This document shows positions 41,545-51,348 of a stretch of 64,000 nucleotides of DNA, piece by piece (within the stretch, counting starts at the first letter, position 1; every line of letters begins with the position of its first letter). Source of the DNA: an uncultured Pseudomonadota bacterium. GTDB taxonomy: Bacteria; Chloroflexota; UBA5177; JAJPKF01. The position numbers were made by a program, and so were the translations under genes. Location: contig CAWCYJ010000025.1 of the NCBI GenBank assembly GCA_963799725.1, positions 61,840 to 125,839 on the forward strand, in the 5' to 3' direction. The notes beneath the pieces were generated by a model. That model ran no database searches, was not told the DNA's origin, and saw only the letters and a list, made by a program, of their open reading frames with translations.

Positions 41545-43299
41545 TTAGATCACAGCCCTTCCGGATCTGAACCCATTCGTGATCGGCAGCCGTCTGTCTT
41601 TGCCGAATGCGCGCGCGGAGATGCGGATCCCGGGCGGTCCTTGACGGCGTTTGTACTCATTGGCATCAACGAGCGCTACGACCCTCTGAACTAATTCCAG
41701 GTCGAACCCCTTGCGTTGGATGTCCTCAACCGATCGATCCTCCTCGACGTAGGCCTGTAGGATCGGATCGAGGATCTCGTAAGGAGGCAAGCGATCCACG
41801 TCTCGCTGATCGTGCCTGAGCTCTGCCGATGGTTCTTTGCTGATGACCTCCACGGGGATAACCGGTTGGCTTGAGTGTTCATTTCGCCAGGTGGAAAGCC
41901 GAAAAACTGAAGTCTTATAGACATCCTTCAACACCGCGAAGCCGCCGGCTGTGTCTCCGTACAGGGTGCTGAATCCAACCGCTGTCTCGCTCTTATTTCC
42001 TGTGGTCAACACCAACCACCCAAATTTGTTGGATAGCGCCATCAGAATATTGCCCCGGATCCGCGCCTGGAGGTTCTCCTCGGTGATGTCCTCAGGGACT
42101 TCCGCAAACGACTCGCTAAGCGTCTCGAGAATGCCCTCGAAGGGACGGTTGATCGTGACGGTCATGAACCGGATCCCGAGGCGCTCGGCCAGCTTCTGAG
42201 CATCGGACTTAGACCCTTCGGAGGAGTACATGGAGGGCATCGAAACCCCGATCACGTGGCTCGGACCAAGAGCATCGACAGCGATTGCTGCTGTCAGGCT
42301 CGAATCGATCCCACCGGATAGCCCGATGACGACATCAGAGAATCCATTCTTTTGGACGTAATCTCGAGTGCCGAGCACCAATGCCTCGTAGACCTCTTGG
42401 TCCCCGCTTGGTTCGTCCTCGAGGCGCGGTTTTTCGATTGGTGGCTTGGTCCCGGCTTCCACCTCGCGCTCAAGTGGCGTTGAGGTGACGACAGCGCTCC
42501 CGACCAACCCTGGAGGTGGGCGCATCTGACGGCGCCGGGTATCGTGCAGGCGAGCACTGAAGACGCCGTCGATATCCAGGTCGGCGACCAGCATGTCCTC
42601 CTTAAAAGCCTTAGCCGCGGCTACGATCCCTCCACGCCAATCGAAGATTCGACTGTTGCCTTCAAAAATCAGCTCATCTTGACCGCCGATCAAATTGACG
42701 TATGCGACATACGCAAGCTCATCCTGGGCGCGAGTGGCAATCATGCGGGTGCGCTGTTGTTGTCTACCAACGCTGAAGGGTGAAGCGTTAATGTTGACAA
42801 TCACTTGAGCCCCGGCGATGGTTTCCAGAGTAGCGGGTCCTACGGGATACCAGATGTCTTCGCAAATGGTAATTCCAATCCTGACGCCGCGAACGCAGTA
42901 AACGGCCGGCACATCGCCCGCCTTGAAGTACCTCTGTTCGTCAAAGACGGAGTAGTTCGGAAGGAAGCACTTGCGGTAGACACCCACGACACGCCCTTGC
43001 TGCATGACTGCGGCGGCATTGTAGATATCCCCATCAGTGTCGACAAACCCCACCACCGCGGTGATGTCGCCGACCTGAGCCGCCACCCGATCCAGATGCC
43101 TCCGATTCTCTTGAATGAAGTCCGGCTTTAACACCAAATCCTCAGGTGGGTAGCCAGGTATCGTCAGCTCGGGGAAGGCAATAACATCGACGCCGAGACG
43201 CATGGCCTCGTCTACGCACTCGATGACCTTGTCGGCGTTACCTACCAGATCGCCGACTTTGACATTGATCTGAGCAAGGGCCACTCGAAGACCAAGCAT
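41545..43299 (-). CDS. nadE: glutamine-dependent NAD+ synthetase
   Basis: ORF of 584 aa. N-terminal nitrilase/CN-hydrolase domain and a C-terminal NAD synthetase PP-loop (GLSGGIDSS). Confidence 0.9.
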   Translation of the reverse strand: MLGLRVALAQINVKVGDLVGNADKVIECVDEAMRLGVDVIAFPELTIPGYPPEDLVLKPDFIQENRRHLDRVAAQVGDITAVVGFVDTDGDIYNAAAVMQQGRVVGVYRKCFLPNYSVFDEQRYFKAGDVPAVYCVRGVRIGITICEDIWYPVGPATLETIAGAQVIVNINASPFSVGRQQQRTRMIATRAQDELAYVAYVNLIGGQDELIFEGNSRIFDWRGGIVAAAKAFKEDMLVADLDIDGVFSARLHDTRRRQMRPPPGLVGSAVVTSTPLEREVEAGTKPPIEKPRLEDEPSGDQEVYEALVLGTRDYVQKNGFSDVVIGLSGGIDSSLTAAIAVDALGPSHVIGVSMPSMYSSEGSKSDAQKLAERLGIRFMTVTINRPFEGILETLSESFAEVPEDITEENLQARIRGNILMALSNKFGWLVLTTGNKSETAVGFSTLYGDTAGGFAVLKDVYKTSVFRLSTWRNEHSSQPVIPVEVISKEPSAELRHDQRDVDRLPPYEILDPILQAYVEEDRSVEDIQRKGFDLELVQRVVALVDANEYKRRQGPPGIRISARAFGKDRRLPITNGFRSGRAVI

Positions 43300-43453
43300 C
43301 TAACGTGCTCCTAAATGCCGATGTGTCCTGCCAATCCATGGACTGGACATCCAATCGCCCCGCCATAATGTAAGCAGCCGAACTCTGCGGCGGCGATAGG
43401 ACCCCAAGCCATTGTGACGCAAGCCACGGCCGTGACCCGGCAATTGGGAGGTC

Positions 43454-44614
43454 ATGTTGGGCGGTAACGTTCCCATCGGGACGATCCGCGGTATTCGCGT
43501 CCTCATCAACTGGTCGTGGCTGATCATCTTCCTCCTGATTACATGGTCCCTTGCGACCGGTTACTTTCCGGCTCACTTCCGCCACTGGAGCGCAGGAGAG
43601 TACTGGGCTGTCGCCGCAGTCGCGGCAATCCTGCTTTTCGTATCGGTGCTGATCCACGAGCTGAGCCACTCTTTCGTGGCTCAGTCGCGGGGGCTTCCGG
43701 TCAGTACCATCATCCTCTACATCTTTGGAGGAGTCTCAAACCTAACCAGAGAGCCTTCTTCTGCCGGAGAGGAGTTCTGGATTGCCTTCGCCGGACCGCT
43801 TTCGAGTATTGTTCTTGGCCTCATCTTCGGCCTCATTCACCTCGCGCTAAGGCAGCCGGACTGGCTGAGCGCCATCTTCGGCTATCTCGGAGCGATCAAC
43901 CTCGTGTTAGCCGCATTCAATCTGATCCCGGCCTTTCCACTCGACGGCGGGCGCGTGTTTCGGGCGATTGTGTGGGCGATAAACCACGACCTCCGCCGGG
44001 CGACCCGAGCCGCCACCGTTGTAGGGCAGGCAATCGCATGGCTCTTCATCTTTTTTGGCATCTGGCAGGTATTTGCCGGCAACTTCATCGGAGGCATTTG
44101 GCTAGCCTTCATCGGCTGGTTTCTCAATAACGCCGCGACGTCGAGCTTTCGCTATGCTCAGCAGTCGGCCCAGTTCCGGAACGTGGACGTAAGGGATGTT
44201 ATGACCGCCAATCCCGTTACAGTTTCTGCCGGCGAAAGCCTGGGGGAAGTGGTCTACGGCCATCTTCTACAACAAGGAAGGAAGGCCCTACCCGTGGTGG
44301 AAGATGATGTGCTGACCGGTCTTATTACGGCAAGCGACGTGCGTCACTTCCCACCTGAGAAGTGGACGTCAACCACCGTCGCCGAGGCGATGACCCGTCT
44401 GGCCAAGCTCGACATCGTAACCCCGAACACACATCTCATGGATGCCATGAGCCTGATGAATCTTCATGGGCATAACCAGCTTCCTGTAGCTGAGAACGGA
44501 AGGCTGCTCGGGCTCGTGAGCCGCGCTGATGTCCTTCGATATCTCCACGAGCATCATCTGAGTGACCGTGATAACGCAGTCAGTCCTGAATCGACGGTGT
44601 CGACAGGCTCTTGA
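43454..44614 (+). CDS. site-2 protease (M50) family protein with tandem CBS domains
   Basis: ORF of 386 aa with an HELSHSF zinc motif in a TM helix, an LDGG motif and a C-terminal CBS pair. Confidence 0.85.
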   Translation: MLGGNVPIGTIRGIRVLINWSWLIIFLLITWSLATGYFPAHFRHWSAGEYWAVAAVAAILLFVSVLIHELSHSFVAQSRGLPVSTIILYIFGGVSNLTREPSSAGEEFWIAFAGPLSSIVLGLIFGLIHLALRQPDWLSAIFGYLGAINLVLAAFNLIPAFPLDGGRVFRAIVWAINHDLRRATRAATVVGQAIAWLFIFFGIWQVFAGNFIGGIWLAFIGWFLNNAATSSFRYAQQSAQFRNVDVRDVMTANPVTVSAGESLGEVVYGHLLQQGRKALPVVEDDVLTGLITASDVRHFPPEKWTSTTVAEAMTRLAKLDIVTPNTHLMDAMSLMNLHGHNQLPVAENGRLLGLVSRADVLRYLHEHHLSDRDNAVSPESTVSTGS

Positions 44615-44723
44615 TGCTCGGCCGCTTTAGGTCCCAGTTTGCCTCGCAGCTTTCGCACGATTGACTCCCGACAACGCGGCAATCCAAGCGACCGGACACG
44701 CCAGCGCAGTGTAGACTCGGGCC

Positions 44724-45572
44724 GTGGTCTGCTCTGCGCTCTCGTATCATGCCCCGGTCCGACGCCAAGGCGATTCGGCGAGGGTGGTTGCCGTTTTCAA
44801 GCGAGCGGTCCATCTGGAGACGAGGTCGGGCGACATCATCAGCATTTTGCCTTCCGGATCGGATGGTCCACTGGCTGTCACGGTACGTTCGACTGACGAG
44901 ATTCCTAGAGCGATCGGCAGCCGTGTCCTTCTGACCCTCGGGAGAAGTGAAATGCTCCAGACGCAGGAAGAGACGCCGGTGATCGAGCTGCGCACAGCAC
45001 GGGAATGGACTGTCCGGTTTCGGCCTTCCTCTTGGACCTCAGAGTCACTTGGCTCCGATCTTCAGGTTCTTACCGCCCTGACGGAGAGATCCGCATTTCT
45101 AGCGAACGACCAAGTTGGCGCGGCCCTGCGAGAAGCACGATCTGATGTCCTGTTCCGGCTGGGATGTGGAAATCGAGTCGGCGATGCAATAGAGAAACTC
45201 GTCGGACTTGGACCTGGCTTAACGCCAAGCGGAGACGATTGGCTGATTGCTTTCGTCGCCGGTTTCTTGCACCTTTCTTACGGGCGGGCCAAGTACCGCA
45301 TGCCTCGTTCTGAGCTGGTTGCCGGCGTCAGAGAGGTCCTCAACATGCGACCAACCTGTACCACGGCATTCAGCCGCACAATGATCCAGCAGGCGACAGA
45401 TGGGGCGGTATCGACAGAGCTAATTTGCACGGTCCGGGCTCTCGGCGGGCGGCAGCGGGCGAGGTTGCTCGCTTCCGCGGCATGCTTGGAGACCGTTGGA
45501 CACTCTTCTGGAGCTGACATGTTGATGGGCCTGAGCGACGCAGCCGGATTCCTGGCTGAGATGGGCGACTAA
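44724..45572 (+). CDS. DUF2877 domain protein (YlbF/AllH-like)
   Basis: ORF of 282 aa immediately upstream of, and translationally coupled to, fdrA. This is the arrangement of the fdrA-ylbE-ylbF triad. Confidence 0.55.
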   Translation: MVCSALSYHAPVRRQGDSARVVAVFKRAVHLETRSGDIISILPSGSDGPLAVTVRSTDEIPRAIGSRVLLTLGRSEMLQTQEETPVIELRTAREWTVRFRPSSWTSESLGSDLQVLTALTERSAFLANDQVGAALREARSDVLFRLGCGNRVGDAIEKLVGLGPGLTPSGDDWLIAFVAGFLHLSYGRAKYRMPRSELVAGVREVLNMRPTCTTAFSRTMIQQATDGAVSTELICTVRALGGRQRARLLASAACLETVGHSSGADMLMGLSDAAGFLAEMGD

Positions 45573-47035
45573 TGTCGGTTCGACAGGTCAAGGTCTTTCC
45601 CAACAGTTACTACGACTCGGTCAAGCTGATGCGTGTCTCCGAGACTTTGGGATCAAAGGAAGGAATCGTCTCAGCTTCTGCGGCGATGGGTACGCCGATG
45701 AACGTCCAGCTGCTCATCGATCAAGGCTTCTCCAAAGATGAGATTACGGCTGGGCCTAGCGATTTGATCGTAGCGTTTGAAGCCCAGGAAGACGCGGCCA
45801 TCGCAGGCGCTCTGGCAACCCTTGCGGACGTTCTCGCGGCCCGGCCCCCCTCTTCAGACGAGCGCCGGCAGATGCGTCCGCGAAGCTTAGCCTCCGCCCT
45901 CCGCTCGAGCCCAACATCCAATATTGTCCTGATTGCGGTCCCAGGTGAGTACGCCGTGGCGGAGGCATGGACGGCTCTGCGTGAAGGGCGCCACGTGTTT
46001 CTGTTTAGTGACAACGTGCCCATCCAGGATGAGGTGAAGCTGAAGCGGTTCGCCGCATCCGAGGGCCTGTTGGTGATGGGGCCCGACTGTGGCACCTCCA
46101 TCATCTCGGGTGTGGGCTTAGGATTTGCCAACAGGGTTCGACCCGGCTCAATTGGACTTGTCGGCGCCTCTGGAACAGGCATTCAGCAGGTATCGTCGCT
46201 CATCCATCAAGGTGGCGGCGGGATCGCGGTTGCCATCGGTACGGGAAGTCGCGATGTCTCGAAGGAAGTGGAAGGCATCATGACGCTGGCTGCCATCGAC
46301 TTACTGGCGTCTGATGATATGGTCGACCGGATTGGACTGGTATCCAAACCCGCTGATCCTACTGTTGGGGCGCAGGTTCTGAGTCGTTTAGCCGCCTGTG
46401 GAAAGCCGGCGGTCGCCTGCCTCCTCGATTCTGCCGGCGTTACAGATAGTTCTCGTGGCGTCCAGGTTACAACATCACTAACCGAAGCCGCCGAGGCGCT
46501 CCTCGGTCGGGAAACGCCAGATGGATCAATGAGTACTCCTCCCTCCAATGAGAGGAGCAACGGACGACGGCGTCTCGTTGGGTTGTTCTCGGGCGGAACG
46601 CTGTGCCGTGAGGCGGAAACGATTTTCCGCACTCTTGCGCCGGGCTGTGAGTCTTCCTTCGTCGATGTCGGCTCCGACGAGTTTACGCGCGGTCGCGCTC
46701 ATCCGATGATTGATCCGCGACTTCGAGCTTCCATGATTGAAGCGAGTGGCGAGACCGACGATGCGCTCCTGCTCGACGTTGTGTTGGGAGATTTGGCTCA
46801 TCCCGATCCTGCTGGTGCACTTGCTCCCTCGCTCAGGAAAGCGACAGAACGGGCGGCATCTCATGGCCGTCGGTATGCAATCTTTGCCTCACTAATTGGG
46901 ACTGATCTTGATCCTCAGATCTACTCGCGTCAGCAGGAGATCCTAGAGTCTGTGGGAGCTAAGGTTTCGCCGAGCAATTCTGAGACGGCTCGACTCGCAG
47001 CTCTAGCCTTAGTGGGAGCGGATACAGCAGAATGA
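45572..47035 (+). CDS. fdrA: FdrA family protein (succinyl-CoA synthetase-like CoA-binding/ligase fold)
   Basis: ORF of 487 aa. N-terminal QVKVFPNSYYDSVKLMRVS matches the FdrA family. Confidence 0.75.
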   Translation: MSVRQVKVFPNSYYDSVKLMRVSETLGSKEGIVSASAAMGTPMNVQLLIDQGFSKDEITAGPSDLIVAFEAQEDAAIAGALATLADVLAARPPSSDERRQMRPRSLASALRSSPTSNIVLIAVPGEYAVAEAWTALREGRHVFLFSDNVPIQDEVKLKRFAASEGLLVMGPDCGTSIISGVGLGFANRVRPGSIGLVGASGTGIQQVSSLIHQGGGGIAVAIGTGSRDVSKEVEGIMTLAAIDLLASDDMVDRIGLVSKPADPTVGAQVLSRLAACGKPAVACLLDSAGVTDSSRGVQVTTSLTEAAEALLGRETPDGSMSTPPSNERSNGRRRLVGLFSGGTLCREAETIFRTLAPGCESSFVDVGSDEFTRGRAHPMIDPRLRASMIEASGETDDALLLDVVLGDLAHPDPAGALAPSLRKATERAASHGRRYAIFASLIGTDLDPQIYSRQQEILESVGAKVSPSNSETARLAALALVGADTAE

Positions 47036-48432
47036 TGGAGCGTCTTGATCCGGTCGTAGTCGGACCTGAGGAGTTCTCCCTAGCTCTGGAGGCTCAAGGT
47101 GCCCACCCGGTCGGGGTCGATTGGACCCCGCCCCTAGCTCCTTCGGCCTTGGGCCAGCTGTTTGAGAGCACGGAGGCACTTAGTCGGGTTCAGAACGCAA
47201 ATGCGGCGGCAATCGATCGGATCTTGCAAGCTCGTTGCCGATTGGTCGACGTCGATGTTGCCGGAGATGTCATTCCCGGGCTTGAGCCCGGACTTCTGCT
47301 TCACGCCGGCCCTCCCTTGGATTGGTGGTCCTCATCCGGGCCGATGCGCGGGGCTTTCGTTGGCGCACTTCTCTACGAAGGTTGGGCCGAGGACCCAACT
47401 TCGGCCGAAGAGATGCTCAAGAACGGCAAGGTCAAGCTCGAACCATGCCATGAGCACTCTGCCGTTGGCCCGATGGCGGGTGTCATTTCCCCGTCCATGC
47501 CAGTTGTCGTGGTGGAAAACGTTGCTTTTGGAAACCGCGCCTTCAGCACTCTCAATGAGGGACTTGGAAAGGTTCTGCGGTACGGAGCGAACGATGAAGG
47601 CGTGATTTCGCGGCTACGGTGGTTGCAGCAGGTGGTGGGACCGGTCCTGAGAACGGCGATTCAAACCAGAGATGGTCTGGATCTAACGACCATCATCGTC
47701 CAGGCACTGCAAATGGGAGACGAGCTGCACAACCGGAATAAGGCCGCGACATCGTTGTTTGTGAGGGAGCTTGCCGGCAGCCTGATCAATGCGACGGCAA
47801 GTCTTGGCGACTCCGACCGCAATTCGATCTTCGAGTACCTGGCCTCCACCGATGTGTTCTTCCTGAATCTGGCGATGGCGGCATGCAAGGCGGCACTTGA
47901 TCCTGCCGGCAACATCCCTCACTCCACCGTGGTGACGGCGATGGCACGAAATGGCACAGAGTTCGGTATTCGAGCTGCCGGCACAGGGGATCAGTGGTTT
48001 ACTGCGGATGCACCAGAAGTGGAGGGTCTCTTCTTTCCAGGCTTCGGACCGGAGGATGCGAACCCGGACCTTGGAGATAGCGCTATCACAGAGACCGCTG
48101 GCTTGGGAGCATTCGCGCTTGTGGCTGCGCCTGCCATCGTCCAATTCATCGGTGGTGAGGTGGATCGGGGCAGGCAAATCACCGAGGAGATGTACGAGAT
48201 CACCCTGGCTGAGCACCCTCTCTACCAGCTGCCCACCCTTGACTTCCGGGGTACGCCGGTAGGAATTGATTGCCTTGCCGTCGCAAGAACGGGGATCAGT
48301 CCCGCTCTGGACACCGGTATCGCCCACAAGCAGGCGGGAATTGGTCAGATTGGAGCCGGGGTCGTGCGCGTCCCTGTGCAGCCGTTTGTTGAGGCATTTG
48401 AGACTGTGGTCTCAACACTCTTTGGGACCTAA
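47032..48432 (+). CDS. DUF1116 domain protein (YlbE/AllG-like)
   Basis: ORF of 466 aa overlapping the fdrA stop, the conserved partner of FdrA. Confidence 0.6.
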   Translation: MMERLDPVVVGPEEFSLALEAQGAHPVGVDWTPPLAPSALGQLFESTEALSRVQNANAAAIDRILQARCRLVDVDVAGDVIPGLEPGLLLHAGPPLDWWSSSGPMRGAFVGALLYEGWAEDPTSAEEMLKNGKVKLEPCHEHSAVGPMAGVISPSMPVVVVENVAFGNRAFSTLNEGLGKVLRYGANDEGVISRLRWLQQVVGPVLRTAIQTRDGLDLTTIIVQALQMGDELHNRNKAATSLFVRELAGSLINATASLGDSDRNSIFEYLASTDVFFLNLAMAACKAALDPAGNIPHSTVVTAMARNGTEFGIRAAGTGDQWFTADAPEVEGLFFPGFGPEDANPDLGDSAITETAGLGAFALVAAPAIVQFIGGEVDRGRQITEEMYEITLAEHPLYQLPTLDFRGTPVGIDCLAVARTGISPALDTGIAHKQAGIGQIGAGVVRVPVQPFVEAFETVVSTLFGT

Positions 48433-48463
48433 TCCCAAGCGCGCAGGCGACTAGCTGTGACAG

Positions 48464-48838
48464 CTAGAACTGAACGATTAAGGTCACCGTATCTCGTGTG
48501 TGCCGCCGGGCGCCTCCGAGGGGCAATTGGGCGAGCACCCAGTGGGGCTTTGTTAGCGGCCTGTTCGGGTTACTGTGGTGCTGAAACACGATGTGGTACC
48601 GGAATCCGTCCTGACGAAGCCGCACTTCAGCTTGGTGCTCGGGTACCCCGACGACACTGGGGACGCGCGCAGCCGACGGGCCTCCACAGGCGACAGCTAG
48701 GGTCAACAGGGCGGAGCCAACAACGGCGGCCGAGATGCCCCGGCTCAAACCTTTAAGCCGCATTGGGCTGGACAAGAGCCTCCTATGGATGCGTTCAGTA
48801 TGAGGGACCACAGGAGCCGCCGTGCACTTGCTCGTCAT
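48464..48838 (-). CDS. lipoprotein with single PASTA domain
   Basis: Signal peptide with lipobox (LTLAVACGG). The probable start is the Met at 48763. A PASTA-like fold follows (VPSVVGVPEHQAEVRL...TVTLIV). Confidence 0.5.
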   Translation of the reverse strand: MTSKCTAAPVVPHTERIHRRLLSSPMRLKGLSRGISAAVVGSALLTLAVACGGPSAARVPSVVGVPEHQAEVRLRQDGFRYHIVFQHHSNPNRPLTKPHWVLAQLPLGGARRHTRDTVTLIVQF

Positions 48839-48960
48839 GACCGTTGCTCATTGTCCGCCGTCATAGGGGTAGACATCCTCTGAGGCACCAAAGTAGCCTT
48901 TGTTCATTGTAGTAGAGCCCTAGTTCGGTAGCTTGAACTCAGCAAGGGCCCAGACACCCC

Positions 48961-48990
48961 TTGAACTCGGATGCCCTCCAACAGTAGGAT
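48961..48990 (+). promoter_or_regulatory. sigma70-like promoter (-35 TTGAAC, 18-nt spacer, -10 TAGGAT) ahead of repeated element copy 1
   Basis: Read directly from the sequence. The predicted +1 coincides with the first conserved base of the repeat (about 48997). Confidence 0.35.
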
Positions 48991-48996
48991 GCTGAT

Positions 48997-49083
48997 AGTG
49001 GAGCGCTTGGGAGTATCCTCAAGCAAGGCAGTGCGGGGGATGAGGGATGGCGAAGGCGCTGCGCGTTTAGAGACCGAAACGGT
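48997..49083 (+). promoter_or_regulatory. conserved ~88-nt structured-RNA-like element, copy 1
   Basis: About 94% identical to 51646-51733. Shares the hairpin CUUGGGA-GUA-UCCuCAAG. The terminal hairpin GACCGAAACGGU vs GACGGAAACCGU carries a compensatory swap. Confidence 0.5.
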
Positions 49084-49149
49084 GAAGCGGCGATCGGTGC
49101 AACTTGAGAAGTCCACGAAGCGCACTTTCGACTCACTGTCCTTTCGTGA

Positions 49150-49555
49150 TCACTCCTCGTCGGCAAATAGGCACGTTGCCTGCCTGAAACCGGTTTTAAA
49201 GGAGGCAAGGATCCGGATGTCCTCCGGCGACAATCGAACATTTGCGGACAGCCTAACGTGACCCAGGTAGCACCAGATGAGGCTGCATAGGTCATGCCAG
49301 CGGATGAATTCCAAGAACTGTTCCCGGACTGGCTCGATCGTCGTCAACAACCATCGTAGATGTTCTTCGAGCACGGGAGATGTCAGAGATTGGGAGTCCA
49401 ACCTCCAGGACCCTACGTGCTGCAATAACAGCGGCTCTCCCTCTTGCCGCTGGGCCGGGCCGGCGGCAAGAGGGAGTGATGCCGATGGCGCGGGTCAGCT
49501 CGTCCGGGTCGAGGATTCCGGTGCATTCATCCCCTCGCCTGTCCGGCCCCGCCAC
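49150..49555 (-). pseudogene. DUF4279-like small protein, frameshifted
   Basis: An N-terminal ILDPDELTRAIGITPS motif lies in frame 49292-49555. The C-terminal LEEHLRWLLTTIEP... lies in frame 49150-49425. Confidence 0.4.
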
Positions 49556-49580
49556 CGCTAGATGCGCGCTTACGCCGTCC

Positions 49581-50081
49581 TCACCGATAGGCCAGGTTCC
49601 ATCCGCGCCTCAAATCGCTCTCGGCGATGTCGACTCGCTTGGGAACGCTCGAGAGGGTCCTGATACTGAAACCAGCCAGGACGCCCAGGCCAACCTCCGC
49701 GAGGGCGTCGAGTGTTTCCGGCTGCATATACATGTAGTGGCATGTGGCTCTCGGATCCCGTTCGTAGAACGTGACCAGCCCCGATACTTCTGTCTGGGGC
49801 AGAACGTCGAGGAGGCTGGCCTTGTGGGCTCGCACGATATCGCCGATCTCTGTGAGCACATTACGGTCGGAGTCTGTCCGGCTCTCGTCCTTCACTTCGA
49901 GTCGCCACTCCAGAGCCGGTTCAGAATCCGGTCCGACTTCGGCAATCAGAGGCACCGCTAGCTGCACATCCGAGGGCTCCACTCCAAGATCGGCCGAAAG
50001 CTTGTAAGCCTGGCGCTCCAGCTGCCCCTCGTCCCCCTCCGCTAGCCGCTGCCAGATCCGCAGCGATGCCCGCGTTACCAC
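49581..50081 (-). CDS. hypothetical protein (166 aa)
   Basis: Protein-like composition with no recognised domain. Located in the islet between the two repeat copies. Confidence 0.4.
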   Translation of the reverse strand: MVTRASLRIWQRLAEGDEGQLERQAYKLSADLGVEPSDVQLAVPLIAEVGPDSEPALEWRLEVKDESRTDSDRNVLTEIGDIVRAHKASLLDVLPQTEVSGLVTFYERDPRATCHYMYMQPETLDALAEVGLGVLAGFSIRTLSSVPKRVDIAESDLRRGWNLAYR

Positions 50082-50486
50082 TCGGGACTTTTTGCGCCGA
50101 CCGTCGCATCACTTTTAGCTGGAGCAGTTTCCTGCCGGTGCCAGGCGGGCGGAGCTAGGACGCGGCGCTGCCGGAAATCGGAGGCCGCGCAGTTAGTCAA
50201 GAGCCGCACCCATAAATGCAGCCGCCACCGCTCAGGTAGTCCCAAGGGCCAACCGCAACATCGCCGCCGATGCCCCTCCAACGGGGAGATTTGAAGGCGT
50301 CGCTTGGTAGTTCGGGACTGCCTCGATCACCCCGCGGGCTCATCAGGCCAGATCTGAACGTCGCGACCCCCCGGCGCTTTCCGTATCGTGCTCTCTCTCG
50401 TTATTCTCCTCCGTCAGCGCCTGCGTCAGGGTGACACAACGTTCCCGCGGGGGCTTCAGCGGGTGGCTCTTGACCGCGCTTGATCC

Positions 50487-50855
50487 CTATGCGTCTCTGC
50501 ATCCTGCGGCCCCCAACTCGAACTCAGCCCTGTCCCAGTCCCTCTGAAGCCAATCCACAGCGTCAGCCATTGCCGAACCGCGATCCGGGAAGGGACCCGG
50601 CTCTCGGCTTTCTGCACTCCCTACAACTCCCCACAGGTTCGAGTACCACCTGTTTGTGTCGTCGCGAAACGTGGTGATCAGGTAGTAGCCACCAGGGGCC
50701 GGCACGTGTTCCCCCTCGACTTCGAGCGGTTGGAAGCCGTACTGTCTGACCGCTGCCCCCGGGGTCATATGTCCGGCCGCCCACTCGCTGGCGGACGACA
50801 TGGAGCTCCCCTCTGAGGTGAACGGGCCAGCATCGCGTGGCCCCTCGCCCCCCAA
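50487..50855 (-). CDS. hypothetical protein (122 aa)
   Basis: ORF with plausible composition. It may be the out-of-frame C-terminal continuation of the upstream DUF2283-like gene. Confidence 0.3.
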   Translation of the reverse strand: MGGEGPRDAGPFTSEGSSMSSASEWAAGHMTPGAAVRQYGFQPLEVEGEHVPAPGGYYLITTFRDDTNRWYSNLWGVVGSAESREPGPFPDRGSAMADAVDWLQRDWDRAEFELGAAGCRDA

Positions 50856-51348
50856 GTGCCACGCCCCAATACCATCTGCGACGCCGATCTTGGTACAGTT
50901 CTATGACCCAGCCCAATCCATCGCTCGGTAACACGACGTGTTCGACTCGCCGATTTCTAGTTGACGTGAGACCGACCCAGCGCCTGAGGATGTGAACGGC
51001 CGACCAAAACCAGTAGCCGGCCGAAGTCTGCCAGAGCCGACATACGCGCCTCCAGTGGTGCTCGCCCTTCCCGATGACGCGAATCCCCTCAGCCTCTAGT
51101 AGCTGTCGCAAGGCCTCCTGCGACGGCAATCCGGTCAGATCCACGCCTTCACCAATGAAGCCGATCTCTACTGCTAGCGGCTCACCGGTGGCAGAATACT
51201 CGAGAATCCTATTAGCGTCGCCGTCGAGATCCTCGCAGCCTCCGCCCTCGCCCTGCCCCAGCGTGATTATGAGGTCACCCGATTCCTCCGCGGACGGCCG
51301 AGTCATATGCTCGATGAATGGGAACCGGCTTGCCTCTGGATCATTCAT
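50563..51348 (-). CDS. DUF2283-like protein (only the first ~95 aa look genuine)
   Basis: The N-terminus resembles DUF2283 (DLIITLGQGEGG...DLDGDANRILEYSATGEPLAVEIGFIGEG). The remaining ~165 codons are W/R-rich and look like chance read-through. Confidence 0.4.
   Translation of the reverse strand: MNDPEASRFPFIEHMTRPSAEESGDLIITLGQGEGGGCEDLDGDANRILEYSATGEPLAVEIGFIGEGVDLTGLPSQEALRQLLEAEGIRVIGKGEHHWRRVCRLWQTSAGYWFWSAVHILRRWVGLTSTRNRRVEHVVLPSDGLGWVIELYQDRRRRWYWGVALGGRGATRCWPVHLRGELHVVRQRVGGRTYDPGGSGQTVRLPTARSRGGTRAGPWWLLPDHHVSRRHKQVVLEPVGSCRECRKPRAGSLPGSRFGNG

Noticed and set aside
50563-51062. The C-terminal ~165 codons of the 261-aa DUF2283-like ORF as real protein.
   Set aside because: The sequence is W/R-rich, typical of out-of-frame GC-rich DNA, and DUF2283 proteins are ~70-100 aa. 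It is likely chance extension or a frameshifted partner.
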